Of a DNA stretch of 64,000 nucleotides, positions 27,595-38,129 are shown piece after piece. The stretch is from Candidatus Dactylopiibacterium sp. Its GTDB lineage: Bacteria; Pseudomonadota; Gammaproteobacteria; Burkholderiales; Rhodocyclaceae. The notes beneath the pieces are model-generated. The model searched no databases, had not been told where the DNA came from, and was given only the letters and a program-made list of their open reading frames with translations. Position 1 is the stretch's first letter; each line of letters starts with the position of its first letter. The translations under genes and the position numbers were made by a program. The stretch lies in assembly GCA_031119555.1 (NCBI GenBank), contig JAVHXQ010000005.1:5500-69499 (forward strand). The letters are read 5' to 3'.

Positions 27595-28707
27595 ATGCTC
27601 GTCGGCGTACCCAAAGAGATCAAGAATCATGAATACCGTGTCGGCCTGACGCCGGCTTCCGTGCGCGAACTCGTGGCCGCCGGCCACGCCGTGATCGTCG
27701 AGCCCTCGGCCGGCGCCGGCATCGGCGCGAGCGACGCCGACTACGTGGCCGCGGGCGCCACGCTGGCCGCGAACGCGGCCGAGGTCTTCGCGCGTGCCGA
27801 GATGATCGTCAAGGTCAAGGAACCGCAGCCCATCGAGTGCGCCATGCTGCGCCCCGGCCAGCTGCTCTTCACCTACCTGCACCTCGCGCCCGATCCCGCC
27901 CAGGCGCATGCGCTGCTCGCCAGCGGCGCGGTGTGCGTGGCCTACGAAACCGTGACCGCGCCGGACGGCTCGCTGCCGCTGCTCGCGCCGATGTCCGAAG
28001 TGGCGGGCCGCATGAGCGTGCATGCCGGCGCCCACTGTCTCGAAAAAGCCCAGGGCGGCCTGGGCATGCTGCTTTCCGGCGTGCCCGGCGTGGCCCCCGG
28101 CAAGGTGGCGATCATCGGCGGAGGCATCGTGGGCAGCAACGCCGCGCTGGTGGCCGCCGGCATGGGCGCCGAGGTGACCATCCTCGACCGCAGCCCCGCC
28201 GTGCTGCGCCGGCTCGCGGTGCAGTTCGGCACCCGCGTGAAGCTCGTGCATGCCACGCGCGAGGCCGTGGAAGCCGCCATCGCGGAAGCCGACCTCGTCA
28301 TCGGCGCCGTGCTGATTCCGGGGGCCGCCGCGCCCAAGCTCATCACGCGCGCCATGCTCGCCCACATGAAGCCCGGCGCGGTGATCGTGGACGTGGCGAT
28401 CGACCAGGGCGGCTGCGCCGAGACCTCGCGCGCCACCACCCACGCCGAGCCCACCTACGTGGTGGATGGCATCGTGCACTACTGCGTGGCCAACATGCCC
28501 GGCGCCGTGGCGCGCACGTCCACCTACGCCCTCAACGCCTCCACGCTGCCCTATGCGCTCGCGCTCGCGGGCAAGGGCTGGCAGGCCGCCCTGCGCGACG
28601 ACCCGCATCTGCGCAACGGCCTCAACATCTGCCAGGGCAAGCTCACGCGCCCCGAAGTGGCGGAAGCCCTGGGCCTGCCCTGCACGCCGGCGGCCGGCCT
28701 GATCTGA
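27595..28707 (+). CDS. ald: alanine dehydrogenase
   Basis: 370 aa. It contains MLVGVPKEIKNHEYRVGLTP and the NAD-binding motif VAIIGGGIVG. Confidence 0.95.
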   Translation: MLVGVPKEIKNHEYRVGLTPASVRELVAAGHAVIVEPSAGAGIGASDADYVAAGATLAANAAEVFARAEMIVKVKEPQPIECAMLRPGQLLFTYLHLAPDPAQAHALLASGAVCVAYETVTAPDGSLPLLAPMSEVAGRMSVHAGAHCLEKAQGGLGMLLSGVPGVAPGKVAIIGGGIVGSNAALVAAGMGAEVTILDRSPAVLRRLAVQFGTRVKLVHATREAVEAAIAEADLVIGAVLIPGAAAPKLITRAMLAHMKPGAVIVDVAIDQGGCAETSRATTHAEPTYVVDGIVHYCVANMPGAVARTSTYALNASTLPYALALAGKGWQAALRDDPHLRNGLNICQGKLTRPEVAEALGLPCTPAAGLI

Positions 28708-28766
28708 GCCGGCACGCCCGCCTGGCGGGGTGAGCCGGGCCGACGCTCGACCGCCCCGCCCGCGCA

Positions 28767-28792
28767 ACGGCCCGACGCATGTCGGGCCGTTT
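28767..28792 (+). terminator. possible terminator after ald
   Basis: A 10-bp stem ACGGCCCGAC/GTCGGGCCGT with loop GCAT, but only TT follows. Confidence 0.4.
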
Positions 28793-28926
28793 GCATATCA
28801 CGCTGCGAACAAGCCGCACATACAGCATATCCGTCTTACTTTCGCTCCAGATCAGGCGTAATGTCCCGCAAAACACGGCATCAGCAGTCCAAACCTCTGG
28901 ACGCAACGCCCTGACCGGAGACCCTG

Positions 28927-29403
28927 ATGCGCAAGCCCGACCCCATCGATCTCGACATTCTCGAAACCCTGCAGGCGGAAGGCCGCACGACCAACGTGGC
29001 GCTGGCGCGGCAGGTCGGCCTGTCCCCCACCCCCTGCCTGGAGCGCGTGCGCGCGCTCGAGGCCGACGGCCTCATCGCGGGTTACACCGCGCGGCTCTCG
29101 CCCGGCCGCCTCGGCCTGGGCCTGACGGTATTCCTCGAGGTCCTGCTCGAACGCACCTCGGAGGACGCTTTCCGCGAGTTCCGCGCGGCCGTCATGAAGA
29201 TTCCCGAGATCCAGGCCTGCCACATGGTGGCCGGCGGCTTCGACTATCTGCTCAAGGTGCGCGTGCCCGACATGGCCGCGTTCCGCGCCTTTCTGGGCGA
29301 GGTGCTGGCGCAGGTGCCCGGCATCCGCGAAACGCACAGCTACGCCGTCATGGAAGAGCTCAAGGACGACAGTGCGATCAGCCTCGGCCACCTGCGCACC
29401 TGA
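28927..29403 (+). CDS. Lrp/AsnC family transcriptional regulator (upstream of putA)
   Basis: 158 aa. It contains LDILETLQAEGRTTNVALARQVGLSPTPCLERVRALE. Confidence 0.9.
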   Translation: MRKPDPIDLDILETLQAEGRTTNVALARQVGLSPTPCLERVRALEADGLIAGYTARLSPGRLGLGLTVFLEVLLERTSEDAFREFRAAVMKIPEIQACHMVAGGFDYLLKVRVPDMAAFRAFLGEVLAQVPGIRETHSYAVMEELKDDSAISLGHLRT

Positions 29404-29448
29404 ACCTTCCCCCTCACCCGCCCTCCACCCCACCGCCCGACCGCCGCC

Positions 29449-32400
29449 ATGACCGCCCCGACCTCCTCCACGCTCGCCGCCCTGCGCGAGCGCATCACCC
29501 GCCAGACCCGTGCCGACGAAGCCAGCTGCGTGAGCGCGCTGGTCGCCGAGTTCGAATCCCGCCCGCCCGACGCCACCCTCATCGCCACGCGCGCGCGCCA
29601 GCTCGTGACCGCCGTGCGCGCCCAGCGCAGCGAGGCCAGCGGGGTGGATCACCTCATGCATGAGTTCTCGCTCTCCAGCGAGGAAGGCGTGGCGCTGATG
29701 TGCGTGGCCGAAGCCCTGCTGCGGATTCCCGATGCCGCCACGGCCGACCGGCTGATCCGCGACAAGCTCGGCCCCGGGGCGTGGGAAGCCCACCTGGGCA
29801 AGAGCCACTCGCTGTTCGTGAATGCCGCCACCTGGGGCCTCATGATCACCGGCAAGCTCGTCGCCACGCGCAACGAGGAAGCGCTCGGTCACGCCTTCGG
29901 CCAACTGCTCGCACGCGCCGGCGAGCCGGTGATCCGCAAGGGCACCGAGCTTGCGATGCAGTTGCTGGGCCGTCAGTTCGTGATGGGCGAGGACATCTCC
30001 AGCGCGCTCGAACGCAGCCTGACGAACCGCGCGCGCGGCTACACCCATTCCTTCGACATGCTCGGCGAAGCCGCGCTCACCGGGCCCGACGCGGACCGCT
30101 TCTTCGACAGCTACACGCGCGCGATCCATGCCATCGGCCAGGCCAGCAAGGCGCAGGGTGTGCAGGACGGGCCGGGCATCTCGGTCAAGCTCTCGGCGCT
30201 GCACCCGCGTTACACCCGCCTGCAGCGCGAGCGCGTGATGGCCGAACTGCTGCCGCGCCTGCTGCGGCTCGTGAAGCTCGCCATGAGCTATGACCTGGGC
30301 ATCAACATCGATGCCGAGGAAGCGGACCGCCTCGAACTCTCGCTCGATCTCGTCGAGGCGCTGCTGCGGGAACCCACGCTCACGGGCTGGAACGGCCTGG
30401 GCTTCGTGGTGCAGGCTTACCAGAAGCGCGCGCCCGACGTGATCGAATGGCTCGTGACCCTGGCGCGCGAGAACCACCGCTCGCTCATGATCCGACTCGT
30501 CAAGGGCGCCTACTGGGACAGCGAGATCAAGCGCGCGCAGGCCGACGGCCTGCCCGACTACCCCGTCTTCACGCGCAAGCGCCACGCCGACCTGTGCTAC
30601 CTCGTCTGCGCCGGCCGCATGCTGGACGCCACCGACGTGGTCTATCCCCAGTTCGCCACCCACAACGCGCATACGCTCGCCGCCGTGGAACAGCTTGCCG
30701 CCGACCGCGGCGTGACCCATTACGAGTTCCAGTGCCTGCACGGCATGGGCGAACCGCTCTACGACCAGGTCGTGGGCTCCGGCGCGGGTGCGCGGCGCTG
30801 CCGCATCTACGCACCCGTCGGCAGCTACGAAACGCTGCTGCCCTACCTCGTGCGCCGCCTGCTCGAGAACGGTTCCAACAGCTCCTTCGTGAATCAGATC
30901 GTGGACGAGCGCGTCACCATCGACACGCTGATCGCCGATCCGCTCGACGCCATCCGCCGCGAAGGCCCGGCGTCGCACCCGGCCATTCCGCTGCCGCCCG
31001 CGCTGTATGGCGCGGCACGGCCAAATTCGCGCGGCCTCGATCTCGCCGACGAACACGCGCTCGCCACGCTGGAAGCCCGCCTGGCCGCGCTCGCCACGCG
31101 TCACTGGACGGCCGCGCCGCTGCTCGCCGTCGCGCGCGAGGCGGGCAGCCTCACGCACACGCTGCGCAATCCCGCGAACCTGCAGGAGACCGCAGGCACC
31201 GTGGAGGAAGCGCGCGCCGACGACATCCGCGCCGCGCTGGACGCCGCCGCCGCCTTCGCCCCCGCCTGGCACGCCACGCCCGCCCACGACCGCGCGGCCT
31301 GCCTGCGCCGCGCCGCCGACGCACTCGAGGCGCATCACGCCGAACTCATCAGCCTGTGCCTGCGCGAAGCCGGCAAGACGCGCGCGAACGCCATCGCCGA
31401 AGTGCGCGAGGCCGTGGATTTCTGCCGCTACTACGCAGCCCGCATGGAATCCGGCCCCGGCGCGGCCACCGCGCCCGGCCCGGTGGTGTGCATCAGTCCG
31501 TGGAACTTCCCGCTCGCGATCTTCGTGGGCGGTCTGAGCGCCGCGCTCGCGGCGGGCAGCTCCGTGCTCGCCAAGCCCGCCGAGCAGACTCCGCTGATCG
31601 CGGCCCTGGCCGTGAGCCTCTTCCATGCCGCCGGCGTACCGCGCGCAGCGCTCCAGCTGCTGCCCGGCGCGGGCGAACGCGTGGGCGCCGCGCTCATCGA
31701 CGATGCGCGCGTGCGCGGCGTCATCTTCACCGGGTCGACGGCCGTCGCCCGCGAGATCAGCCGCCAGATCGCCGCGCGCCCCGCGGAAGTCCGCCTCGTC
31801 GCCGAAACCGGCGGCCAGAACGCCATGATCGTGGACTCCTCCGCCCACCTCGAGCAGGTCGTGCTGGACGTGCTCGCCTCCGCCTTCGACAGCGCCGGCC
31901 AGCGCTGCTCGGCGCTGCGCGTGCTGTGCGTGCAGGACGAGATCGCCGACCGCCTGCTCGACATGCTGCGCGACGCGATGCGCGAACTGCGCGTGGGCAA
32001 TCCCGCCGAGCTCGCCACGGATGTCGGCCCCGTCATCGACGCCGAAGCGCTGGGTCGCCTCAAGGACCACGTGCTGGCCCTGGCCGGCGCCGGCAATGCC
32101 TGCTTCCAGCTGCCGCTGCCGCCCGCCTGCGCCGGCGGGCACTTCATGTCGCCCACCCTGCTCGAAATCGCCAGCCTGGACGTGCTGCCCGGCGAAGTCT
32201 TCGGTCCCGTGCTGCACGTGCTCCGCTTCTCGCGGCGCAACCTCGACCGCCTGATCGAACGCATCAACGCCACGGGTTACGGCCTGACCTTCGGCCTGCA
32301 CACGCGCATCGACGAAACCCTCGCCGCCGTGCGCCGGCAGATCCACGCCGGCAACGTCTACGTCAATCGCAACATGGTCGGCGCGGTGGTCGGCGTGCAG

Positions 32401-33084
32401 CCCTTCGGCGGCGAAGGGCTGTCGGGTACCGGCCCCAAGGCCGGCGGCCCGCTCTACCTGCCGCGCCTGCTCGATCTCGCCGTGCCCGACCTCGACGCGG
32501 ACGGCTTCCAGCCCGCCCCCGCGCAAGGTGACAGCGACGCCCTGCTCGCCATCCTCACGGCCTGGGCCGAAGCCAACCCCCGCGCCGGACTCGCGCGCTG
32601 CTGCCACGCCTACGCAGCGCTGCATCCGCATGGCCGCACGCTCACGCTGCCCGGCCCCACGGGCGAGAGCAACACGCTCGCGCTGGTTCCGCGCGGCCTC
32701 CTGTGGTGCACCGCCGATACCGCCGATGCCCTGTTCGAGCAGATCGTGGCCGTGCTCGCGAGCGGCAACACCGTGTTGCTGGACCGCGAGACGCTGGCGC
32801 GCGAAACCCTCGCCACGCTGCCTCAGGAGGTCCGCCACGCGGTGCGCACGGCGCGCTCCCCGCTGCTCGAAGCCACGCTCGCGGGCGTGCTCTTCGCCGG
32901 CTCACCCGCCGACGCGCAGCGGCTGCGCGCCGAGCTGGCCGCCCGCGAAGGCGCGATCCTGCCGTGCTTCACGCAGATCGGCGGACGCTACCCGCTCTAC
33001 CGCTTCTGCCACGAGCGCGTCGTGAGCATCAACACCACCGCGGCGGGCGGCAACACCAGCCTCATGATGCTGGGCGCCGGCTGA
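29449..33084 (+). CDS. putA: bifunctional proline dehydrogenase / L-glutamate gamma-semialdehyde dehydrogenase PutA
   Basis: 1211 aa. The PRODH barrel (..HSFDMLGEA..YEFQCLHGMG..) is followed by an ALDH domain (..ETGGQNAMIVD..QRCSALR..) and then a C-terminal domain. Confidence 0.95.
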   Translation: MTAPTSSTLAALRERITRQTRADEASCVSALVAEFESRPPDATLIATRARQLVTAVRAQRSEASGVDHLMHEFSLSSEEGVALMCVAEALLRIPDAATADRLIRDKLGPGAWEAHLGKSHSLFVNAATWGLMITGKLVATRNEEALGHAFGQLLARAGEPVIRKGTELAMQLLGRQFVMGEDISSALERSLTNRARGYTHSFDMLGEAALTGPDADRFFDSYTRAIHAIGQASKAQGVQDGPGISVKLSALHPRYTRLQRERVMAELLPRLLRLVKLAMSYDLGINIDAEEADRLELSLDLVEALLREPTLTGWNGLGFVVQAYQKRAPDVIEWLVTLARENHRSLMIRLVKGAYWDSEIKRAQADGLPDYPVFTRKRHADLCYLVCAGRMLDATDVVYPQFATHNAHTLAAVEQLAADRGVTHYEFQCLHGMGEPLYDQVVGSGAGARRCRIYAPVGSYETLLPYLVRRLLENGSNSSFVNQIVDERVTIDTLIADPLDAIRREGPASHPAIPLPPALYGAARPNSRGLDLADEHALATLEARLAALATRHWTAAPLLAVAREAGSLTHTLRNPANLQETAGTVEEARADDIRAALDAAAAFAPAWHATPAHDRAACLRRAADALEAHHAELISLCLREAGKTRANAIAEVREAVDFCRYYAARMESGPGAATAPGPVVCISPWNFPLAIFVGGLSAALAAGSSVLAKPAEQTPLIAALAVSLFHAAGVPRAALQLLPGAGERVGAALIDDARVRGVIFTGSTAVAREISRQIAARPAEVRLVAETGGQNAMIVDSSAHLEQVVLDVLASAFDSAGQRCSALRVLCVQDEIADRLLDMLRDAMRELRVGNPAELATDVGPVIDAEALGRLKDHVLALAGAGNACFQLPLPPACAGGHFMSPTLLEIASLDVLPGEVFGPVLHVLRFSRRNLDRLIERINATGYGLTFGLHTRIDETLAAVRRQIHAGNVYVNRNMVGAVVGVQPFGGEGLSGTGPKAGGPLYLPRLLDLAVPDLDADGFQPAPAQGDSDALLAILTAWAEANPRAGLARCCHAYAALHPHGRTLTLPGPTGESNTLALVPRGLLWCTADTADALFEQIVAVLASGNTVLLDRETLARETLATLPQEVRHAVRTARSPLLEATLAGVLFAGSPADAQRLRAELAAREGAILPCFTQIGGRYPLYRFCHERVVSINTTAAGGNTSLMMLGAG

Positions 33085-33103
33085 GCCCTCCGGGCCGCCG
33101 GGC

Positions 33104-33481
33104 TCAGACGGGCACGGCGGCGTCCGCGCGCTTGGGGTCGGGACCGAAACGGTTGCGCCCCTCCGTGCCATCCAGCGCGAAAAACACCAGCAGCACGAGC
33201 AGGCCCACGCCCGGCACCAGCCCGATCAGCAGCCACCAGGCACTGCGGTCGGTGTCGTGCAGGCGGCGCGCGCCCACGGCGAGGCCGGGCAGCATCACGG
33301 CGAGACAATACAGCCCGCTCAGGACGCCGGTGTCGCCGAAGCGAAGGCCGATCAGCCCCTCGATGAAGCCCAGCACGAGAACGGCGAGCAGGTTGATGAA
33401 GACGAACATCCAGTATTCGAGGCGCCGCGCGCGGCCCCCGAAGACCCGGTACTTCCTGAGCACCCCCAGATACCATTCCAT
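33104..33481 (-). CDS. DUF805 domain-containing membrane protein
   Basis: 125 aa. It contains GRARRLEYWMF.. and RRLHDTDRSAWW, characteristic of the DUF805 (YhaH/YhaI) family. Confidence 0.8.
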   Translation of the reverse strand: MEWYLGVLRKYRVFGGRARRLEYWMFVFINLLAVLVLGFIEGLIGLRFGDTGVLSGLYCLAVMLPGLAVGARRLHDTDRSAWWLLIGLVPGVGLLVLLVFFALDGTEGRNRFGPDPKRADAAVPV

Positions 33482-33598
33482 GCAAGCCTCCGCGGTCGTC
33501 GGTCGAGGCCGCCGCGCCCACCGCGCGCGCCCCCGCGCATCATGAAAGCGCGAACCCCGCAGGACCAGCCGCGATTCGGGCAGCCCCGCGCCCGCCGC

Positions 33599-34789
33599 CT
33601 AGGGCGCGGCGGGTGCCGTGGCGCGCGCCGCGCGCAGGCCGCGGTCGGACTGCCAGCTCGCGAGCGCGGCGATGCAGCCGATGCCGATGAAGACCGGCGC
33701 GGCGCCCGACAGCGCCGACACGGCGCCATACAGCGAGGGCGCCGTCAGCCCCACCGCGTTACCCATCATGGAGCGCAGGCCCGCGCCTTCGCCGGCCTTG
33801 CCCTCGGGCATGGCGCGGTAGATGAGGCTGAAGATGTTGGGCTGGCTCGCGCCCGCCGAGAGCCCGAACACGAAACCCAGCGCGGCATGCATGAGGCTGT
33901 CGGCCGCCAGCGGCAGCAGCAGGAAGGCCGTGGCCGCGAAACCGAAGGCCAGCGTGAGCATGCGCCACTCGGGCAGGCGGCGCGACAGCCACGGCAGCAC
34001 CGCACGCACCGCGAAGGTGCCCACCGCGAAGGCCGACATGATCATGCCTATCGTGGTGGCCGAGAACCCGCGCTCATGCCCCAGCACCGGCGTCATGAAC
34101 GAAAAGCCGTCGTAGAGCATGGAGGTGCACATCGCGAGCAGGTAGATGCGCAGGATGCGCGGGTTGCCGAAAACGAGCTTCACCACGCTGCCCTCGCCCT
34201 TCTGCCGCGCGCGCGGCGCACCGGCGCCCGGCACGTCGACGAGGTAGGAGGCGACCAGCCCGCCGCTCACGATGAGCGCCATGAGCCCGTAGGCCGAGGC
34301 GAAGCCGCCGTGATCGATCGTCAGGCCGGTGATCGCCGGGCCGCCCACGGCCGCCACCGAATTGCCCATCGCGAGCCAGCCCAGCATGCCCACGCGCTCG
34401 CCGTCATGCGCGACCGGCATCATGCTCACGGCCACGTTGGCCGCCAGCATGTAGCTCGCGAAGCCGAAGCCACACACCGCCGAACTGAACAGGATGGTCG
34501 CCATCGAGGGCCACAGCGCGGGCACGACCAGCCCCACGACCATGATCATGAGACTCGCGCGCATCACCTGGCGCGTGCCCACGCGGTCGACCCAGCGCCC
34601 CATGAGCAGCGACAGGATCGCCGGCAGCAGGCAGTAGCCGCTGTAGGCGATTCCCGCCAGCGCCTCGGACCCGCCGTTCTGCAGCATGTAGAGCGAAGCC
34701 GCCACGCGCCCGCCGCCGAGCGTGATGTGCGCCAGCATGGACACGGAAATCAGGGAAAGGATCTGGATCTGGTTGCGCGAGAGGGTCAT
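33599..34789 (-). CDS. MFS transporter
   Basis: 396 aa, about 12 TM segments, with the MFS loop motif GRWVDRVGTR. Confidence 0.85.
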   Translation of the reverse strand: MTLSRNQIQILSLISVSMLAHITLGGGRVAASLYMLQNGGSEALAGIAYSGYCLLPAILSLLMGRWVDRVGTRQVMRASLMIMVVGLVVPALWPSMATILFSSAVCGFGFASYMLAANVAVSMMPVAHDGERVGMLGWLAMGNSVAAVGGPAITGLTIDHGGFASAYGLMALIVSGGLVASYLVDVPGAGAPRARQKGEGSVVKLVFGNPRILRIYLLAMCTSMLYDGFSFMTPVLGHERGFSATTIGMIMSAFAVGTFAVRAVLPWLSRRLPEWRMLTLAFGFAATAFLLLPLAADSLMHAALGFVFGLSAGASQPNIFSLIYRAMPEGKAGEGAGLRSMMGNAVGLTAPSLYGAVSALSGAAPVFIGIGCIAALASWQSDRGLRAARATAPAAP

Positions 34790-34874
34790 GGCGCCACTTT
34801 AACAGCCAAACGGTGCGATGTGAACGTTATCAATCGCGCATTAAAGACCTGCGCCACGCGCAGGAGCGGGCTTT

Positions 34875-35492
34875 TCAGGCCTCGGCGGCCTTCACGCGCT
34901 GCACCAGCGGATCGTCGCGCATGCGCTGGCGCAGCGCGGCGAGCTTGGGGAAGGCGGCAATATCGACGCCATCGGCTTCCAGCCATTCGGAAACCGTGAA
35001 CAGGTAGATGTCGCTGATGCTGTAGCGCTCTCCGAGCACCCACGGCCCCGCCAGCAGGCGGGACTCGATGAGCGCGCAGCCCGCCTGCATGTTCTGCGGC
35101 ACCTTGCGCTTCATGCTCTCCTGCGCGGCTGCGTCGTCGCTCCAGCGCGCGCCGCGCACGCGGTGGGCGTGCGCCACGTGCAGCGTCGAGCACAGGTAGC
35201 TGTTGAGCTCCTGCACGCGGGCGAGCGCGAACGGATCGTCGAGCGGGGCAAGCCCCGCCGCCGGGTAGCACTGCGCCACGTAGAGCAGCAGCGCCGGGGT
35301 TTCGGTGAGCACGCCCTGCGGCGTCACGAGCGCGGGCACGCGTCCGTTCGGGTTGAGGCGCAGGAAGGCCTCGCTGCGCTGCTCCTGGCGCGAGAAATCG
35401 ACCCGCGCCAGGGCGTACGCGGCGCCGGCCTGCTCCAGCGCGATGTGGGTGGCGAGCGCACAGGTGTTCGGCGCGTAGTGAAGGGTCAGCAC
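34875..35492 (-). CDS. glutathione S-transferase
   Basis: 205 aa. It has an N-terminal thioredoxin-like fold (NPNGRVPAL) and a C-terminal GST helix domain. Confidence 0.9.
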   Translation of the reverse strand: MLTLHYAPNTCALATHIALEQAGAAYALARVDFSRQEQRSEAFLRLNPNGRVPALVTPQGVLTETPALLLYVAQCYPAAGLAPLDDPFALARVQELNSYLCSTLHVAHAHRVRGARWSDDAAAQESMKRKVPQNMQAGCALIESRLLAGPWVLGERYSISDIYLFTVSEWLEADGVDIAAFPKLAALRQRMRDDPLVQRVKAAEA

Positions 35493-35502
35493 GGGGAACT
35501 CC

Positions 35503-36192
35503 TCAGGCTTCGAAATCGCGCAGGCGCGCCAGATCGGGCACGCGGATGGTCTTGCCCTCGACCTCGATCAGATTGGCCGCCGACAGGCTGCCCAGAATGC
35601 GCGAGAAGGTCTCCGGGGTGACGGACAGGCGCGAGGCGAGCACCTGCTTGCTCGTGGGCAGGTCGATCTCGAGCGCGCCGTCGGCGTCGTCGCGCGCTTC
35701 GCGCAGCAGGTAGCCGATGAGGCGCTGCGTGGAGGAGCGCAGCGCGTAGCCCTCCACATCCTTGACGAGCGAGTGCAGGCGCAGCGACAGGCCCGCGAGC
35801 ATCTTGCGCGCGAAGCGCTGGTCATGCTCGATCAGCGGCAGCACCGCTTCGCGCGCCACCCCCAGCACGAGCGAATCGGTCAGTGCCTCGGCGGTGACGG
35901 GGTAGGGGCGGTCGAGAAACATCACGGCCTCGCCGAAACTCATGTGGGCGGGAATCAGCTCGAGCACCTTCTCGTTGCCATTGGGCGCGATCACGCTGAT
36001 CTTGATCTGGCCGTGCGCCACCAGATAGAAGCCATGGCAGGGCGTGTTCTGCCGGAACAGCACCTCGCCGCGCGCCAGGCGGTGCTCGGTCACCGATTCG
36101 GCGATGCGGTCGAGCGCGGCGGCATCGACCGCGGCAAAGAGGGGCAGGCGGCCGAGCAGGCCGCGGACGTCCGGCTTGAGATGTTTTTCCAT
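35503..36192 (-). CDS. Crp/Fnr family transcriptional regulator
   Basis: 229 aa. It has a cNMP-binding-like beta-roll (FRQNTPCHGFYLVAHGQIK) and a C-terminal HTH (SKQVLASRLSVTPETFSRIL). I see no obvious N-terminal Cys cluster. Confidence 0.9.
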   Translation of the reverse strand: MEKHLKPDVRGLLGRLPLFAAVDAAALDRIAESVTEHRLARGEVLFRQNTPCHGFYLVAHGQIKISVIAPNGNEKVLELIPAHMSFGEAVMFLDRPYPVTAEALTDSLVLGVAREAVLPLIEHDQRFARKMLAGLSLRLHSLVKDVEGYALRSSTQRLIGYLLREARDDADGALEIDLPTSKQVLASRLSVTPETFSRILGSLSAANLIEVEGKTIRVPDLARLRDFEA

Positions 36193-36245
36193 CGCGCGCG
36201 ACTTGCTGGGAAAATGACGACCTCCGCATTTTGCTCAAAGCCGCC

Positions 36246-37397
36246 ATGCCCGTCACGCGCTGCGACATCTTCTGCCGCGTCATCGACAACTTCGGCGACA
36301 TCGGCGTGTGCTGGCGCCTCGCGCGCCAGCTCGCGGCCACGCCCGGCCTCGCGGTGCGCCTGTGGTGCGACGATCTGGCGAGCTTCGCACCGCTCGCGCC
36401 CGCGCTCGATCCGGCGCGCGCGACGCAAACCCTCGCGGGCGTCACGATCTGCCGCTGGGATGGCGCCGCCGACTCCGCCGCGCCCGCCGATCTGGTGATC
36501 GAGGCCTTCGCCTGCGATCCGCCGGCGCCCTACGTCGAGGCGATGGCCGCGCGCGCCGTGAAACCGGTCTGGATCAACCTCGAGTACCTCAGCGCGGAAG
36601 ACTGGGTGGAAGGCAGCCATGGCCTGCCCTCGCCGCATCCGCGCCTGCCGCTCGTGAAGCATTTCTTCTTTCCCGGCTTCACCGCGCGCAGCGGCGGCCT
36701 GCTGCGCGAAACCGGCCTGGTGGAGGCCCACGCCGCGTTCCAGCGCGATGCGGCGGCACAGGCCGCGCAGTGGTCGGCGCTGGGCCTCGCGCCGCCGCCC
36801 GGGGCGCTGAAGATTTCGCTGTTCGCCTACGAGAACCCCGCCGTCGAAGGCCTGCTCGACGCCTGGGCCGACAGCCCGCGCGCGGTCTTCTGCGCGGTGC
36901 CCGCCGGACGCATCCGCGCCGGGGTCGACGCCTGGCTCGCCCGCCGGGGCGAGGTGGCGGACGTAGCCCGCGTCGGCGCGCTCACGCTCGCGCGCCTGCC
37001 CTTCCTGCCGCAGGCGGACTACGACCGCCTGCTCGCCGCCTGCGACCTGAACTTCGTGCGCGGCGAGGATTCCTTCGTGCGCGCGCAATGGGTCGCGCGG
37101 CCGTTCGTGTGGCACATCTATCCGCAGGCCGAGGCCGCCCACCTGCCCAAGCTCGCGGCCTTCCTCGCGCGCTACGGCACGGGTCTCGACACCTCCGCGC
37201 GCGCCGCGCTGGAGGATTTCTGGCACGCCTGGGAAGCCGGCCGCGACGCGGGCGCGCGCTGGCCCGCCTTCGCTGCCGCCCTGCCCGCGCTGCGGGCGCA
37301 CGCACGGGCGTGGACGGCCGATCAGGCGGCGCGCCCGGACCTCGCGGCCAAGCTTCTGATTTTCTGCCAAAACTTGCTAGAATGCCGGGCTTTGTAA
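36246..37397 (+). CDS. earP: EF-P arginine-32 rhamnosyltransferase EarP
   Basis: It contains [25 protein letters not shown], the EarP (DUF2331) N-terminal signature, and sits directly upstream of efp. The start is ATG 36246 or TTG 36231. Confidence 0.85.
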   Translation: MPVTRCDIFCRVIDNFGDIGVCWRLARQLAATPGLAVRLWCDDLASFAPLAPALDPARATQTLAGVTICRWDGAADSAAPADLVIEAFACDPPAPYVEAMAARAVKPVWINLEYLSAEDWVEGSHGLPSPHPRLPLVKHFFFPGFTARSGGLLRETGLVEAHAAFQRDAAAQAAQWSALGLAPPPGALKISLFAYENPAVEGLLDAWADSPRAVFCAVPAGRIRAGVDAWLARRGEVADVARVGALTLARLPFLPQADYDRLLAACDLNFVRGEDSFVRAQWVARPFVWHIYPQAEAAHLPKLAAFLARYGTGLDTSARAALEDFWHAWEAGRDAGARWPAFAAALPALRAHARAWTADQAARPDLAAKLLIFCQNLLECRAL

Positions 37398-37440
37398 TCC
37401 CAGTCAGGCGCGCGTTCAGGCGCCGATTCAAGGTATCCCT

Positions 37441-37998
37441 ATGAAAACCGCTCAAGAACTCCGCGTCGGCAACGTCGTGATGGTCGGCTCCGAGCCGCTG
37501 GTCGTGCAACGCACCGAATACTCCAAGGGGGGCCGCAACGCCGCCCAGGTCAAGATGAAGTTCAAGAACCTGCTGACCGATGCGGGCTCCGAATTCGTCT
37601 ACAAGGCCGACGACAAGTTCGAAGTCGTCCAGCTCGACCGCAAGGAAGTGACCTACTCCTACTTCGCCGATCCCATGTACGTGTTCATGGACAGCGAATA
37701 CAACCAGTACGAGATCGAAGCGGACAACATGACCGACGCGCTCAAGTACCTGGAAGACGGCCTGACCTGCGAAGTGGTCTTCTACAACGAGAAGGCCATC
37801 TCGGTGGAGCTGCCCACCAGCGTCGTGCGCGTGGTCGAGTACACCGAACCCGCCGTCAAGGGCGACACCTCGGGCAAGGTCATGAAGCCCGCCCGCCTCG
37901 CGACCGGCTTCGAGCTGCCCGTGCCGGCCTTCGTCGAAATCGGCGACAAGATCGAGATCGACACGCGTACCGACGAGTACCGCAGCCGCGTCAAGTAA
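37441..37998 (+). CDS. efp: elongation factor P (Arg32 type)
   Basis: 185 aa. The loop ..EYSKGGR32NAAQVK.. carries Arg rather than Lys at the modified position. Confidence 0.95.
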   Translation: MKTAQELRVGNVVMVGSEPLVVQRTEYSKGGRNAAQVKMKFKNLLTDAGSEFVYKADDKFEVVQLDRKEVTYSYFADPMYVFMDSEYNQYEIEADNMTDALKYLEDGLTCEVVFYNEKAISVELPTSVVRVVEYTEPAVKGDTSGKVMKPARLATGFELPVPAFVEIGDKIEIDTRTDEYRSRVK

Positions 37999-38019
37999 GC
38001 GCTGTGCGAGTCTCCCGGG

Positions 38020-38047
38020 AAAGGCTGCTGCGGCAGCCTTTCTGCGT
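38020..38047 (+). terminator. probable terminator after efp
   Basis: AAAGGCTGC-tgcg-GCAGCCTTT followed by CTGCGTT. Confidence 0.5.
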
Positions 38048-38129
38048 TGACGGCGACGCGCGGCGCAAGCCGGCCGGGCGCCGCGCGGGTATGCTGGCGC
38101 TCCCCCCACGCCTTCCGGAAGGAGACCTC

